From: a virus | IMG/VR virus record: IMGVR_UViG_3300032086_001604 | Span: 1-40,788 of that record | Length of the DNA: 40,788 nucleotides | Strand: one strand, 5' to 3' | Shown here: positions 40,263-40,788 of the stretch, one piece after another | Position numbering within the stretch: position 1 is the stretch's first letter | Layout: each line of letters opens with the position of its first letter | The notes under the pieces: model-generated | Database searches by the model: none | Told to the model about the DNA's origin: nothing | What the model saw: only the letters and a program-made list of their open reading frames with translations | Made by a program: the position numbers and the translations under genes

Positions 40263-40546
40263 CAACCCTCCACGCCGATCGAGTACATGCGCACAAGTCC
40301 GTCGGCGCGATCGCTTGCTGATGGCCAATGATCGAGCCACGTCGAATAGACGAGCGCTCCAGCGTCATCCCATACCTCAACCTTCGTTGCGTACGGCCGC
40401 TCGTCCGACATGTTGAAATCTTCGGAGCCGATCAGCGAATCAGCGAACTCTATAGCGTCCTGCAGGTTGGACTTTTGAGCCTCGGTCGGCTTGTGTTCGC
40501 GCCGGTGTGCGAATGCGTGGATGTGTGCTGTGAACTGATAAGACAT
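40262..40546 (-). CDS. First early protein (94 aa), unknown function
   Basis: ATG at 40546 (MSYQFTAH) with an ACACGGGAG RBS. The longer track ORF would run into the terminal repeat. Confidence 0.55.
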   Translation of the reverse strand: MSYQFTAHIHAFAHRREHKPTEAQKSNLQDAIEFADSLIGSEDFNMSDERPYATKVEVWDDAGALVYSTWLDHWPSASDRADGLVRMYSIGVEG

Positions 40547-40697
40547 GCCGGTTACTCCCGTGTCGGCGTTAATGTTGGGTGCGCTTGTAAACGTAATGAG
40601 TACGATTGTAAACCTATTAGTTGTCGATTGAGTAAACATCGAAGAAAACAAAAAAGGTCGGCGAGCGGGAGCACGTACGGATAAACCCCAGGGCAGT

Positions 40698-40788
40698 AGA
40701 TCAGCCCCAGGGATGCACTGGATTGCACTAGAAATGCGTTTTCTGTGCCGATAACTATCTGATTTCATTGGAGTTTAGTGCCGGTGCC
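40698..40788. repeat. Terminal direct repeat, copy B (identical to 1-91)
   Basis: See copy A. 91/91 identity read directly. Confidence 0.8.

Noticed and set aside
36690-40560. Recurrent ACACGGGAG(T)AAC / ACGGGAG motif upstream of early genes (before the starts at 40546, 39337, 38856 and 37051) as a special regulatory element
   Set aside because: It always sits 7-12 nt before a start codon, and the same ACGGGAG also precedes the late gp12 start (18664). It is most simply an extended Shine-Dalgarno context, not a separate element.
40262-40768. Full-length 168-aa ORF running from inside the terminal repeat
   Set aside because: The N-terminal 74 codons cross the putative promoter region and the DTR, have no RBS, and have odd composition. 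The internal ATG at 40546 has a strong GGGAG RBS. N-terminal extensions of 39411-40340, 38972-39397, 37879-38292, 37234-37536, 36686-37129, 35659-36726 and 15278-18733 were trimmed for the same reason.
1-40788. CRISPR arrays, rRNA genes, IS/transposase genes, reverse transcriptase/DGR or retron-like elements
   Set aside because: No regularly spaced short direct repeats, and no rRNA-like conserved stretches. No transposase, RT or Cas-like translations appear in any of the listed ORFs. The only recombinase is the tyrosine integrase.

Overview
The window is essentially one complete ~40.7-kb genome of a T7-like (Autographiviridae-type) podovirus, shown as its reverse complement. All credible genes are on the minus strand and are packed with ATGA/GTGA/TGATG start-stop overlaps. 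The two window ends are an identical 91-bp direct repeat (1-91 = 40698-40788). Gene order, read right to left: (1) about 11 small early genes of unknown function (40546 down to 37142); (2) a MarR-like winged-helix regulator plus a tyrosine integrase (37051 down to 35659); (3) a 3' fragment of a tRNA-Thr(CGU) gene that looks like attP (35519-35564); (4) the replication and nucleotide-metabolism block: single-subunit RNA polymerase, SSB, endonuclease I, primase-helicase, family A DNA polymerase, 5'-3' exonuclease, glutaredoxin-like protein, DUF3310-like protein, MazG-like pyrophosphatase and a probable class II ribonucleotide reductase; (5) a gp6.7-like protein, portal and scaffold; (6) an unexpectedly placed lysis cassette (GH24 lysozyme with a C-terminal TM hairpin, a single-TM protein and an overlapping lipoprotein gene); (7) major capsid protein, tail tubular proteins A/B and four internal virion proteins, one with an M15-type peptidase signature; (8) a tail fibre with ~129-bp in-frame tandem repeats, holin-like membrane proteins, and the small and large terminase. 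I saw no rRNA, intact tRNA, CRISPR array or transposon. Items most worth follow-up: the lysogeny module (int, MarR-like regulator, tRNA-derived attP and nearby GTACTGT repeats) in a T7-like backbone; a recurring GACACTATA(C/A)G motif resembling SP6/K11/T7 promoter cores; the lysis cassette between scaffold and capsid genes; the inverted-repeat-bounded AT-rich module at the right end; and two ATGA-coupled micro-ORFs encoding hydrophobic peptides inside the unknown-function early block. All homology statements come from reading the translations by eye, not from database searches.
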